A DNA stretch of 64,000 nucleotides from Roseburia sp. (lineage in GTDB: Bacteria; Bacillota; Clostridia; Christensenellales; Pumilibacteraceae), in the NCBI GenBank assembly GCA_023665905.1, contig JAMPDA010000002.1:27832-91831 (forward strand). Reading direction: 5' to 3'. Positions 48,010 through 57,227 of the stretch are shown here, piece by piece. Within the stretch, counting starts at the first letter, position 1. Each line of letters opens with the position of its first letter. The translations under genes and the position numbers were made by a program. A model generated the notes under the pieces. It searched no databases. It was given only the letters and a program-made list of their open reading frames with translations, and was not told the origin of the DNA.

Positions 48010-48056
48010 TTCGGGACCATGAGGCCGCGAGTTCGAGTCTCGCCACTTCGACCACA
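48010..48056 (+). repeat. att core, right copy
   Basis: Identical to 37030-37076. Confidence 0.95.
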
Positions 48057-48103
48057 CAGGGCCGTTAGCCCGACCTAAGACCGTTCGACCGCGAACGGTC
48101 TTT

Positions 48104-48235
48104 TTAATTGTGCGGCTCGAGAACAGCATTGAGCTTTGCCGCTTCGCGCAGACTGTAGTCGATACTTACATCGCTGTATATGTCCGCAGTGGTGGCAATC
48201 TCCGAATGCCCGAGCCAGGTCTGCACGACCTTCAT
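48104..48235 (-). pseudogene. integrase C-terminal fragment (43 aa)
   Basis: MKVVQTWLGHSEIATTADIY...LEPHN versus ...LEPRN in the intact copy; three differences are synonymous. Confidence 0.9.
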
Positions 48236-48319
48236 TGCTCGCCAATTATAACATAATCGCACTTGACAGCCCGCAAATCTTATGCTATACTTGCATATAC
48301 TGTAAAGGAGATGAAAACC

Positions 48320-48565
48320 ATGTGCGTTACGACCGCCAACAAATTTATAAAAAACGCCGGCGCGTACTTGAACGACGTACTTTCGGGCGAACAAAATGTT
48401 ACCGTTGCAACCGAAAACGGCAACGCTGTTCTTTTATCCGAAGAGGAGTACAACAGCTTAAAAGAAACGTTGTATCTTTTAAGTGTTCCCGGAATGCGTG
48501 AAAAACTGCTTGAAGCACAAGCCCAATCCCCCGAAACGTGCAGGGTGTGGAATGGCGAACTTTAA
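48320..48565 (+). CDS. second Phd/YefM-family antitoxin
   Basis: NAVLLSEEEYNSLKETLYLLSVPGMREKL; same promoter and RBS as the first copy. Confidence 0.9.
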   Translation: MCVTTANKFIKNAGAYLNDVLSGEQNVTVATENGNAVLLSEEEYNSLKETLYLLSVPGMREKLLEAQAQSPETCRVWNGEL

Positions 48566-48821
48566 GATAATTATCACGGCGCAAGCTGATAAGGACTTAA
48601 TAAAGCTCAGACAATATCCGGCGCTTGTAAAAAAAGCCAATACGATTCTTACCGAGTTATCCGAAAATCCGTTTGTTCCGCCGCTCGAGAAGCTTTGCGG
48701 GGAATTATGTAACATGTATTCCAAAAGATTAAATAAACAGCATAGACTTGTCTATTCGGTAGACAAAGAAAATAAAACAATTAAAATATTGTCTTTATGG
48801 ACACATTACGAAAATATATAA
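48552..48821 (+). CDS. second Txe/YoeB-family toxin
   Basis: Start re-called at MANFKI; YSKRLNKQHRLVY..., IKILSLWTHYE; terminator AAGGACTG/CAGTCCTT follows. Confidence 0.92.
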   Translation: MANFKIIITAQADKDLIKLRQYPALVKKANTILTELSENPFVPPLEKLCGELCNMYSKRLNKQHRLVYSVDKENKTIKILSLWTHYENI

Positions 48822-48858
48822 AGGACTGCCGAAACAGTCCTTTTTTTATGAAATAGTA

Positions 48859-48971
48859 TTTATTCGAGGAGCAAATTTGCCCGTTAGCGCAATCACAGAT
48901 TGAGTTGTTTTTATTACGTATTATTGCAAAGCGAGAACGCAAGCAATGTTTCGTGTAACATTCGGCTGCCG
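48859..48971 (+). repeat. ~113-bp dispersed intergenic repeat, copy 1
   Basis: TTTATTCGAGGAGCA...GCGCAATCACAGATTGA...AAGCAAT...GGCTGCCG aligns by eye with the reverse complement of 59786-59899. Confidence 0.8.
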
Positions 48972-49028
48972 TGCGGGTTCTGGATTTGCCCGGGGGGGGG
49001 GTATAATACCTAATTTATTGTAAATGCC

Positions 49029-49131
49029 TTGACTTTCGTCTGTGGACGGAATATACTGTAAGCAAGTAACGACAGTTCCGCAGGGACGGTGCTAATGCTC
49101 ATGGAGTGTTTGGCGGTTCGTTACTTTTTTT
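49029..49131 (+). ncRNA. second putative sRNA cassette (promoter 49029-49057)
   Basis: Same TTGACT-17-TATACT promoter as 42106; the transcript is closed by an AAGTAACGA/TCGTTACTT stem plus T-run. Confidence 0.5.
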
Positions 49132-49302
49132 ATTCCGTTGTCCGATGTATTTTTGTTTGGTCTTTTCGCCGTATTCTTTAGCCTTTGCATAGCTTTTCGG
49201 GCATAGCGTTTGACGGGTGGGCGGCGGTTACGAAATGCGAATACGGAAATAATATATAAAGCGCCGCGAGGCTTTGCGGCGAAAAATCGCGGGAGGCATA
49301 TT

Positions 49303-49944
49303 ATGGATATAACAACAGCGCAGAAATTATCGTACGGCGTGTACGTAGTATCGGCGTGGCACGACGGCAAGGCGGCGGGCTGCATAGCCAATGCTGTCAT
49401 GCAGGTGACTGCCGATCCGCCGACGCTCGCCGTCAGCATCAATCGCGACAATTACACCAACGAGTGCATAAAGGGCACGGGCAAGTTCGCCGTGTCCATA
49501 CTTGCGGAGGACTGCGACCCGTCGGTCATAGGCACATTCGGCTTTAAGTCGGGACGGACGGTGGACAAGTTCGCAAGCGTAAAGAGCCTTGTGGAAGCCA
49601 ATATGCCCGTGCTCGCGGACAGTTGCGGATATCTCGTTTGCGACCTTAAGGACGCTATGGAAACTTCCACGCACACCGTGTTTCTGGGCGAGATAACGGA
49701 CTGCGCCAAGCTCGGCGACCGCAAGCCCATGACATATGACTATTATCACAACGTGATAAAGGGCAAGAGCCCGAAGACCGCGCCGACGTATGTCGAGGAG
49801 GCCGCCGCGCCCGAGCAAAAGCGCGTGCGCAAGTTCAGGTGCAAGCTATGCGGCTATGTTTACGAGGGTGAAAGCCTGCCGCCCGACATAGCGTGCCCGA
49901 TATGCGGCGTGGGCGCCGACGAGTTCGAGGAGATGGCGGGCTGA
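49303..49944 (+). CDS. flavin reductase family protein with C-terminal rubredoxin-like domain
   Basis: YGVYVVS, THTVFLG, CKLCGYVY...CPICG; GGGAGG RBS. Confidence 0.9.
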   Translation: MDITTAQKLSYGVYVVSAWHDGKAAGCIANAVMQVTADPPTLAVSINRDNYTNECIKGTGKFAVSILAEDCDPSVIGTFGFKSGRTVDKFASVKSLVEANMPVLADSCGYLVCDLKDAMETSTHTVFLGEITDCAKLGDRKPMTYDYYHNVIKGKSPKTAPTYVEEAAAPEQKRVRKFRCKLCGYVYEGESLPPDIACPICGVGADEFEEMAG

Positions 49945-50032
49945 AGTATTTTGCTCGGCGCGGCGACGTATTTTTTGCGGCGCGCATAAAAATCGCAGCA
50001 TTGTGGGATACATCTAAAGAGAGGTATTTGCA

Positions 50033-50737
50033 ATGTTCGGGATAAAACCTATTTTCTGGGTGCTAATCAACTCCGTAGTCGCGTTCGTGTATCTGTTCAT
50101 AATATCGAAGCTTTTGGGCAAAAAGCAGATCGCTCAGCTCGAGTTTATCGACTACGCCGGGGGCATTTCGCTCGGCTCTATCGCCGCCGAGTTCGCCACC
50201 AACACCGAAACGCCGTTCTATTTCTTCCTAATAGCCATGACGATCTTCTTTGTTCTGGCGTTTCTGGTCGCGGTCTTGGGACGGAAAAGCACGTTTTTGA
50301 AGCGCGTGCTCAAGGGCAAGCCGGCGACGCTCATTTACGACGGCAAGATCAATTATAAAGAGCTCAAAAAGAGCAAGATCGACGTGAACGACTTGCTGTC
50401 TATGCTCCGCGAAAAGGGATATTTCGATATCGCGGACGTTGCGTACGCCATATTCGAACCGAGCGGCGATCTTTCGGTGCTGCCCGTCGGCGCGCAAAAG
50501 CCGCTTGTTATGGAGGACTTGGACAAAGAGCGCATCGAGCCTGCGGAGCTGAGCAACGTCATCGTGGCTGACGGCACGGTTTCGCACTCCGGTCTTGCGG
50601 AGCTCGGCAAGGACGTCGATTGGCTGTTCGGGCGGCTGGGCATAAAGACTAAAGACGAGCTCGATAACATTTTGCTCGCGGTCTACGACGAAAAAAGCGA
50701 CGAATTCAACATTCACACCAAAAGCGGATCGAAGTAA
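50033..50737 (+). CDS. DUF421/YetF-family membrane protein
   Basis: KLLGKKQIAQL, LREKGYFDIADV..AIFEPSGDLSVL. Confidence 0.9.
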   Translation: MFGIKPIFWVLINSVVAFVYLFIISKLLGKKQIAQLEFIDYAGGISLGSIAAEFATNTETPFYFFLIAMTIFFVLAFLVAVLGRKSTFLKRVLKGKPATLIYDGKINYKELKKSKIDVNDLLSMLREKGYFDIADVAYAIFEPSGDLSVLPVGAQKPLVMEDLDKERIEPAELSNVIVADGTVSHSGLAELGKDVDWLFGRLGIKTKDELDNILLAVYDEKSDEFNIHTKSGSK

Positions 50738-50984
50738 ATTTAAGGTGACGGCGCGCCTTGCACGGGAAAGTGCGAGGCGCTTTTGTAATAGCGTCGTTGC
50801 GTTGTATGCGGCGCGCACTCGTGCGGAGCGATAAGTGCGAAAGCGACGGAGAAAGCATTTTTTCGTCGCTTTTTTCGCGCGCTTTTTTCGCCAAAGAAAA
50901 TTGGTAAAAGGCTTGATATTTATATGCGAATGTTGTATAATCGTAGATGTGAGAGAGTCACAAAAAGTATAAGGGAGATAATTC

Positions 50985-53057
50985 ATGGATAATCAGTTGC
51001 TCGACGCGTATCATCATGGAGACATGTATGACGCTTACAGGTTTTTGGGCTGCCACTTCGACAAAAATACGGGGACGGCGGTTTTTCGCGTGTGGTCTAC
51101 GCGCGCCACTACGATATCGGTCATCGGCGATTTTAACGGTTGGGATATAAACGCCAACCGCATGACAAAGATCACGGAAGCCGGTCTTTGGGAGGCGACT
51201 GTCTCCGGCGTCAAGCAGTTTGACAACTACAAGTTTTATATAGAGAACGGTTTTTCTCATCCTATATACAAGTGCGATCCGTTTGCCTTCCACAGAGAAA
51301 CTTTCGAGGGCACAAACGCAAAGGTCGTGGATATAGATCACTTTAAATGGACGGACGCGGACTATCTCGCCAACAAAGTCGATCCGTATTCCGCGCCGAT
51401 GAGCATTTACGAGGCGCACATTGCGTCCTGGCGCAAGTATGCGGACGGCAACAACTTCGACTATCGCAAGTTCGCCGACGAGATGAGCGACTACCTCAAA
51501 GAGCTCGGCTATACGCACCTCGAGCTCATGGGCGTCGCGGAGTACCCGTTCGACGGATCTTGGGGATATCAGGTGACGGGCTATTACGCGCCGACGTCCC
51601 GTTACGGCACGCCCGAGGACTTTGCGTACCTCGTGGACAAGATGCACTCTTGCGGCATAGGCGTCATACTCGATTGGGTGCCCGGGCACTTCCCCAAAAA
51701 CGGCGACGGGCTTTACGAGTTTGACGGCGGCCCGCTGTACGAACACAGCGATCCGCTCAAAATGGAGCATAAAGAGTGGGGGACGCGCTGCTTCGACTAC
51801 GGCCGTACCGAAGTGCGCAACTTCCTCATTTCCAACGCGTTTTATTGGCTGGACAAGTACCACATCGACGGACTGCGCGTAGACGCGGTGGCGAGCATGC
51901 TGTATCTCGATTACGGCAGATACGAATGGCGTCCCAACATTTACGGCGGCAACGAAAACCTCGAAGCCGTGGACTTTTTGCGCCGTCTTAATACTGCGGT
52001 GTTCGCGAAATACCCGAAAGCGCTCATGATAGCCGAGGAATCGACGGCGTGGGGTGGGGTGTCCCGTCCAGTGGACATGGGCGGTCTCGGATTCAACTTC
52101 AAGTGGAATATGGGCTGGATGAACGACACGCTCACTTACATCAAGACCGATCCCGTATTCCGCAAGTATCATCACAACACGATCACATTCTCGATGATCT
52201 ACGCCTTTACCGAAAACTTCATTCTGCCCATTTCGCACGACGAAGTGGTGTACGGCAAGGGCTCGCTCATAAACAAGATGCCCGGCAATTACGACATGAA
52301 GTTCGCCGGCATACGGAACTTCCTTACATACATGTTCTCGCACCCCGGCAAAAAGCTGCTGTTCATGGGCGCCGAGCTCGGTCAGTTCAACGAATGGAAC
52401 TTCTCCAAAGAACTCGATTGGAACCTGTTGGAGTATCCTGCGCATGCCGACCTTAAAAAGTTCGTTTCCACGCTCAACGGCATATACAAGAACTATCCGG
52501 CGATGCACGAGATAGACTACGATTGGCGCGGCTTCGAATGGCTCGTTTCGGATGACTTCCAGCAGAACATTCTCGTGTACGAGCGCCGCGACAGCGACGA
52601 GAATCGCATGGTCGCAATAATCAACTATTCACCCGTTCCGCACGACGGATATCGCTTCGGCGCGCACGAGGGCGAGTACACCGAGCTTTTGCGCACCGAA
52701 ATCTACAAGTGGAGCCAATCGGGCGATAAATACAAGACCGAAAAGATAGCGAGCCACGGCAAGGAAGATTCGCTGGCTATAGATATCCCTCCGCTCGGCG
52801 GAATACTGCTCTATTGCCCGAGCGGCAAGTCTGCGGCAAAAAAGCCGGAAGCAAACCGCGTCGAGAAGAAAGCCGCCGAAAAACCCGTTGCCGAAAAGAA
52901 GCCTGCGGCGGCGAAGAAGCCGACTGCCGAAAAGAAACTGGCAACTGCAAAAAAACCGACGGCGGCAAAGCCTGCAGCAACAAAATCGGTTGCGGCAAAG
53001 CCCGCGGCGGCGAAAAAACCTGCCGCGGCTAAGAAGCCGGCTTCGGCAAAAAAATAA
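50985..53057 (+). CDS. glgB: 1,4-alpha-glucan branching enzyme with Lys/Ala/Pro-rich tail
   Basis: SWGYQ, DWVPGHF, DGLRVDAVASM, IAEEST, LPISHDEVV. Confidence 0.97.
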   Translation: MDNQLLDAYHHGDMYDAYRFLGCHFDKNTGTAVFRVWSTRATTISVIGDFNGWDINANRMTKITEAGLWEATVSGVKQFDNYKFYIENGFSHPIYKCDPFAFHRETFEGTNAKVVDIDHFKWTDADYLANKVDPYSAPMSIYEAHIASWRKYADGNNFDYRKFADEMSDYLKELGYTHLELMGVAEYPFDGSWGYQVTGYYAPTSRYGTPEDFAYLVDKMHSCGIGVILDWVPGHFPKNGDGLYEFDGGPLYEHSDPLKMEHKEWGTRCFDYGRTEVRNFLISNAFYWLDKYHIDGLRVDAVASMLYLDYGRYEWRPNIYGGNENLEAVDFLRRLNTAVFAKYPKALMIAEESTAWGGVSRPVDMGGLGFNFKWNMGWMNDTLTYIKTDPVFRKYHHNTITFSMIYAFTENFILPISHDEVVYGKGSLINKMPGNYDMKFAGIRNFLTYMFSHPGKKLLFMGAELGQFNEWNFSKELDWNLLEYPAHADLKKFVSTLNGIYKNYPAMHEIDYDWRGFEWLVSDDFQQNILVYERRDSDENRMVAIINYSPVPHDGYRFGAHEGEYTELLRTEIYKWSQSGDKYKTEKIASHGKEDSLAIDIPPLGGILLYCPSGKSAAKKPEANRVEKKAAEKPVAEKKPAAAKKPTAEKKLATAKKPTAAKPAATKSVAAKPAAAKKPAAAKKPASAKK

Positions 53058-53169
53058 ACGACAAAAAAACAATCATTTCCGCCGATTGCACGAATATTCA
53101 CGGAATAATTCTGCAAGCTTGTTTACTCGCATGTGATAAAATTAAGTGAGTCGGCTTAAGGAGTATAGA

Positions 53170-54633
53170 ATGGCTAAGACAAAGATCAACAACGTACTTT
53201 TCGTCACTACGGAAGCCGCGCCTTTTGCGGCGACGGGAGGAATGGGCGAGGTGTGCTCGGCGTTGCCGCGCGCGCTTAACAAGACGAAAAAGACGGACGC
53301 GCGAGTTATGCTTCCCATGTACGAGGACGTCGCTTCACGGTTCAAAGAATCGATGACCTTTGTGTGCAACATCACCGTCGGGCTGTCCTGGCGCAATCAG
53401 TACTGCGGACTTTTCCGTTACGAGTACGACGGCGTAACTTATTACTTTGTGGACAACGAGTATTACTTTAAGCGTCCGAGCATTTACGGCTACTACGACG
53501 ATGCCGAGCGGTTTGCGTTCTTTTCGCGCGCGGCGCTCGAGCTTTTGCCGTATCTCGATTTCAAACCGGACGTGCTTCATTCCAACGACCATCTGACGGC
53601 GCTCGTGCCTATCTATTACGCGCTCGAGTATAAAGATCGCGACGGATATCAAGGTATCAAGAACGTATTTACCATTCACAACATAAATTATCAGGGCGTG
53701 TATCCGCTCGTGATCGCCGGTGACGTGTTCGGCATTTCCAACGAGGACTTGCACGTCGTGGAATTCAACGGCAAGATAAATCTCGACAAGGGTGCGATAG
53801 CGACGTGCGACGCCATAACGACCATGTCGCCGCAGTACGCGCGCGAAATTCGCCTGCCCGAATATTCGGGCGGCTTGGACGGCGTTCTCATCGAGTATCG
53901 CGACAAGCTCGTCGGCATACTCAACGGCATAGACACCGACGCGCAGGACCCTGCCAAATCGAGCTCGCTGTTTGCCAACTACGATGTGAACTCGCTCGAT
54001 AAAAAAGTCGAAAACAAGCTCGGGTTGCAGCGCATGCTCTCGCTTCCCGAAGACCCCGATGTGCCGCTCGTGTGCATGATAGCGCACATAGTGCCGCACA
54101 AGGGCTTCGACCTGCTCAGAAAATCGATAAACAAAGTCGGACCGGACGGCAATATCCTCGACACCAACATTCAGCTCGTCATTCAGGGTCAGGGCGATCC
54201 CGATATCGAGGGTTATCTCACCTTTGTGCAAAACATGTACGACCGCCGCGTGCGCGCGCTCATCACGTACAACAAGGACTTGGCGCAAAAGGTCATGGCT
54301 GCCGCCGATATGTGCCTCGTGCCGTCGCGCACTGAGCCGTGCGGTCTTACGCAGATGACGGCGTGCCGTTTCGGCACCATTCCGATCGTCCGTGCGACGG
54401 GCGGACTTATAGATTCCATTACCGACTGCGAGAAAAACGCGGACGGCAACGGCTTTATGTTCGAGGAGTACGATTCGGACGTCATGGACAAAACCATCAC
54501 GCGCGCCGTTTCCATGTATTACTATCACAAGGACGAGTGGCGCGCACTGCAAAAACGCGCAATGTCGTGCGACTTCTCGTGGAATAGCGCCGCGAAGAAG
54601 TACAACGAGCTCTACCGCTCGCAAATCGGCTGA
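53170..54633 (+). CDS. glgA: glycogen synthase
   Basis: EAAPFAATGGMG, HSND, FTIHNINYQG, PSRTEPCGLTQM; start re-called at MAKTK. Confidence 0.93.
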   Translation: MAKTKINNVLFVTTEAAPFAATGGMGEVCSALPRALNKTKKTDARVMLPMYEDVASRFKESMTFVCNITVGLSWRNQYCGLFRYEYDGVTYYFVDNEYYFKRPSIYGYYDDAERFAFFSRAALELLPYLDFKPDVLHSNDHLTALVPIYYALEYKDRDGYQGIKNVFTIHNINYQGVYPLVIAGDVFGISNEDLHVVEFNGKINLDKGAIATCDAITTMSPQYAREIRLPEYSGGLDGVLIEYRDKLVGILNGIDTDAQDPAKSSSLFANYDVNSLDKKVENKLGLQRMLSLPEDPDVPLVCMIAHIVPHKGFDLLRKSINKVGPDGNILDTNIQLVIQGQGDPDIEGYLTFVQNMYDRRVRALITYNKDLAQKVMAAADMCLVPSRTEPCGLTQMTACRFGTIPIVRATGGLIDSITDCEKNADGNGFMFEEYDSDVMDKTITRAVSMYYYHKDEWRALQKRAMSCDFSWNSAAKKYNELYRSQIG

Positions 54634-54665
54634 TCTTAATTTACAATAACAGCAACGGAGGAGAC

Positions 54666-57095
54666 ATGAACAAAACAACCAATGAAGTGCAGGAGCTTAT
54701 TCTCGACAAGCTCGCTCGCTATTTCGCGATCACGCCCGAGCAGGCGAACGAGGATCAGATCTACAAAGCCGTATCTTTGGTCGTGCGCGATATATTGCTA
54801 CAGAAGAAACAGGAAAACAATGCACGTATTGCCAACGGCAAGTATAAACGCGTGTATTATATATGTATGGAATTCCTCATCGGCCGGTCGCTCAAGAACA
54901 ATCTGTTCAACCTCGGCTTGACGGAGCAGTTCGATAAATGCCTCAAAAAGATGAATTTCTCGCTCGACAGCATTTTCGAGCGCGAGTCCGACGCAGGGCT
55001 CGGCAACGGCGGTCTCGGCAGGCTCGCGTCGTGCTTTATGGACAGTCTTGCGACGCTCAATTATCCGGCAATGGGCTTTACCATAAGATATCAGTACGGC
55101 TTGTTCCGTCAGCGCATAGTGGATAACCAACAGGTCGAGCTGCCCGACATGTGGCTGCCGAGCGGCGAAGTGTGGATGATGCCGCGCTCCGACAAGCGCT
55201 TTACCGTCAATCTCGGCGGCAGAGTGGAGGAGTACGAGGAGGACGGCAAACTGCGCGTGCGCTATGTGGACAGCGAACGTGTGGACGCGCTCGCAAACGA
55301 CGTTATGATCTCCGGTTACGGCGACAACGCCGGCATAAGCGTTCTCCGCCTGTGGTCGGCGACTTCGACGACGCAGTTCGATATGCGGTCTTTCTCTCAG
55401 GGCGACTACGAAAAGGCGATGCTGCGCGAAACGGAAGCCGAGCTTATTTCCAAGGTCCTGTATCCGTCCGACGACCACAGCCAAGGCAAGCAGCTTCGAC
55501 TCCAGCAGGAATACTTCCTCGTGTCCGCGTCGCTCCAGAGCATACTCAAGGACCATTTGCGCCTTTATAAGAGCCTTAAAAACCTGCCCGACAAGGCGGT
55601 CATTCACGCCAACGATACGCACCCTGCGCTCGCCATTCCCGAGCTCATGCGGCTGCTTATGGACGAACACGATTTCTCCTGGGACGAGGCGTGGGACATC
55701 ACCTGCCGCACCGTCAACTACACCAACCACACGGTCATGGCGGAAGCGCTCGAAAAGTGGGACGAAAACACGTTCAGGACCGTTCTGCCGCGCATATACG
55801 CTATTGTCTGCGAGATCAACCGCCGCTTTGTCAACGCGATGAACGAGAGCGAAGTGGAAGGTCAGAAAATAGCCAACATGCAGATCATCAACAACAATCA
55901 GGTCAAAATGGCTAACCTCTGCGTCATAGGCTCGCAACGCGTCAACGGCGTTTCCGCACTGCACAGCGAGATCATAAAGGACACCATTTTCAGCGATTTC
56001 AACGAGATTTATCCCGACAGGTTCACCAACGTCACAAACGGCATAACGCACCGCCGCTGGCTCATACAGTCCAATCCGCACCTTTCGTCGCTCATTTCCG
56101 AGCTCATCGGTTCGGACTTTTACACCAAGCCCGAGGCGCTCTGCCACCTGCTCAAGTTCGCGGCGGATAAGACCGTGCTCGAGCGCATAGGCAAGATCAA
56201 GCAGCAGAACAAGACGGAGTACGCCGACTACATCAAAAAGACCACCGGCTTTGCGCTCAATCCCGAATCGCGTTTCGATACGCAGATCAAGCGCCTACAC
56301 GAGTATAAGCGCCAGCTCATGAACGTGCTCAAGATAGTGCATTACTATCTCGACCTGCTCGACGATCCCAACAAAAAGGTCACGCCGCAGACGTTCATAT
56401 TCGGCGCAAAAGCCGCCGGCAGCTATATGCACGCCAAGCGGATAATCCAGCTCATAAACTGCCTGTCGCAGGAAATACAGAAAAATCCCAAAGTCAAGCA
56501 GAAGTTAGACGTCATGTTCGTCGAAAACTACAACGTCACTCAAGCCGAGCACCTCATTCCGGCGTCGGAAGTCAGCGAGCAGATATCGCTCGCCGGCAAG
56601 GAAGCGTCGGGCACGTCCAACATGAAGTTCATGATAAACGGCGCGGTGACGCTCGGCACCTGGGACGGCGCAAACGTCGAGATAGGCGAGCGCGTCGGCG
56701 ACGACAATATCTTCGTTTTCGGCCTGCGCACCGAGGAAGTGGAACGCGCCTGGCGCGCCGGATATAATTCGTCCACTATCTACACGCACAACGACGAGAT
56801 AAAGCGCGTCGTAGACAGACTGCGCGTCGGCTTCGGCGGCGAGAGCTTCTCCGACATAGCGGACTATCTGATCGCCGGCAACTATCAGGTCGCCGACCCG
56901 TATATGTGCCTGCTCGACTTCGACGACTACGTAAAGGCGGCACAGCGCATGGACGAAGCGTACGCGGATAAACCGCACTGGAACAAAATGGCGCTCGTCA
57001 ACATCGCGCAGGCAGGTATCTTCTCGTCCGACCGCTCGATCTGCGATTACGCAAAGCACATTTGGAACTTGAAACGCGTCAAAAACCCGAAGTAA
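54666..57095 (+). CDS. glgP: glycogen/starch phosphorylase
   Basis: GLGNGGLGRLA, NDTHP, KRLHEYKRQ, EASGTSNMK PLP motif. Confidence 0.98.
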   Translation: MNKTTNEVQELILDKLARYFAITPEQANEDQIYKAVSLVVRDILLQKKQENNARIANGKYKRVYYICMEFLIGRSLKNNLFNLGLTEQFDKCLKKMNFSLDSIFERESDAGLGNGGLGRLASCFMDSLATLNYPAMGFTIRYQYGLFRQRIVDNQQVELPDMWLPSGEVWMMPRSDKRFTVNLGGRVEEYEEDGKLRVRYVDSERVDALANDVMISGYGDNAGISVLRLWSATSTTQFDMRSFSQGDYEKAMLRETEAELISKVLYPSDDHSQGKQLRLQQEYFLVSASLQSILKDHLRLYKSLKNLPDKAVIHANDTHPALAIPELMRLLMDEHDFSWDEAWDITCRTVNYTNHTVMAEALEKWDENTFRTVLPRIYAIVCEINRRFVNAMNESEVEGQKIANMQIINNNQVKMANLCVIGSQRVNGVSALHSEIIKDTIFSDFNEIYPDRFTNVTNGITHRRWLIQSNPHLSSLISELIGSDFYTKPEALCHLLKFAADKTVLERIGKIKQQNKTEYADYIKKTTGFALNPESRFDTQIKRLHEYKRQLMNVLKIVHYYLDLLDDPNKKVTPQTFIFGAKAAGSYMHAKRIIQLINCLSQEIQKNPKVKQKLDVMFVENYNVTQAEHLIPASEVSEQISLAGKEASGTSNMKFMINGAVTLGTWDGANVEIGERVGDDNIFVFGLRTEEVERAWRAGYNSSTIYTHNDEIKRVVDRLRVGFGGESFSDIADYLIAGNYQVADPYMCLLDFDDYVKAAQRMDEAYADKPHWNKMALVNIAQAGIFSSDRSICDYAKHIWNLKRVKNPK

Positions 57096-57227
57096 GGCGC
57101 GGATGTTTCCACAGTAAACGCTCTTTTACCGCGCCGCGCAAGATATTTGCCGCGGCGCGCGGTATTTAGAGAAAATATGGCGGCACCCCGCTTAAAGCAT
57201 GATTATAACCCGAAAGGAGATGGATAT

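Larger units (their letters stand above)
37030..48056. mobile_element. integrated inovirus-like rolling-circle prophage/element (10,980 bp between att cores)
   Basis: 47-bp direct repeats of the tRNA-Pro 3' part; integrase, repressor, Rep_1, Zot/pI-like ATPase, SSB-like and membrane proteins; AT-richer than the host. Confidence 0.88.
48057..49200. mobile_element. deleted remnant of a sibling element at the same tRNA site
   Basis: Collinear homology to 37077-37255 (terminator plus integrase 3' end), 39546-39630 (TA promoter) and 42089-42134 (sRNA promoter). Confidence 0.8.

Noticed and set aside
37030-48056. Tailed (Caudoviricetes) prophage or conjugative ICE
   Set aside because: No terminase, portal, HK97 capsid, tail or lysin, and no VirB4/VirD4 or MOB relaxase motifs recognised; size and gene set fit an RCR/Zot-type element.
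48104-48394. 96-aa ORF as a functional mini-integrase or directionality factor
   Set aside because: The N-terminal half is the antisense read of the TA promoter and antitoxin start, fused by a deletion to the last 43 integrase codons; it lacks most catalytic residues.
49096-49182. 28-aa hydrophobic ORF (MLMECLAVRYFF...) after the second sRNA promoter
   Set aside because: Weak RBS and it runs through the terminator T-tract; probably incidental.
50958-56147. 516-, 447- and 449-aa minus-strand ORFs
   Set aside because: Shadows of glgB, glgA and glgP.
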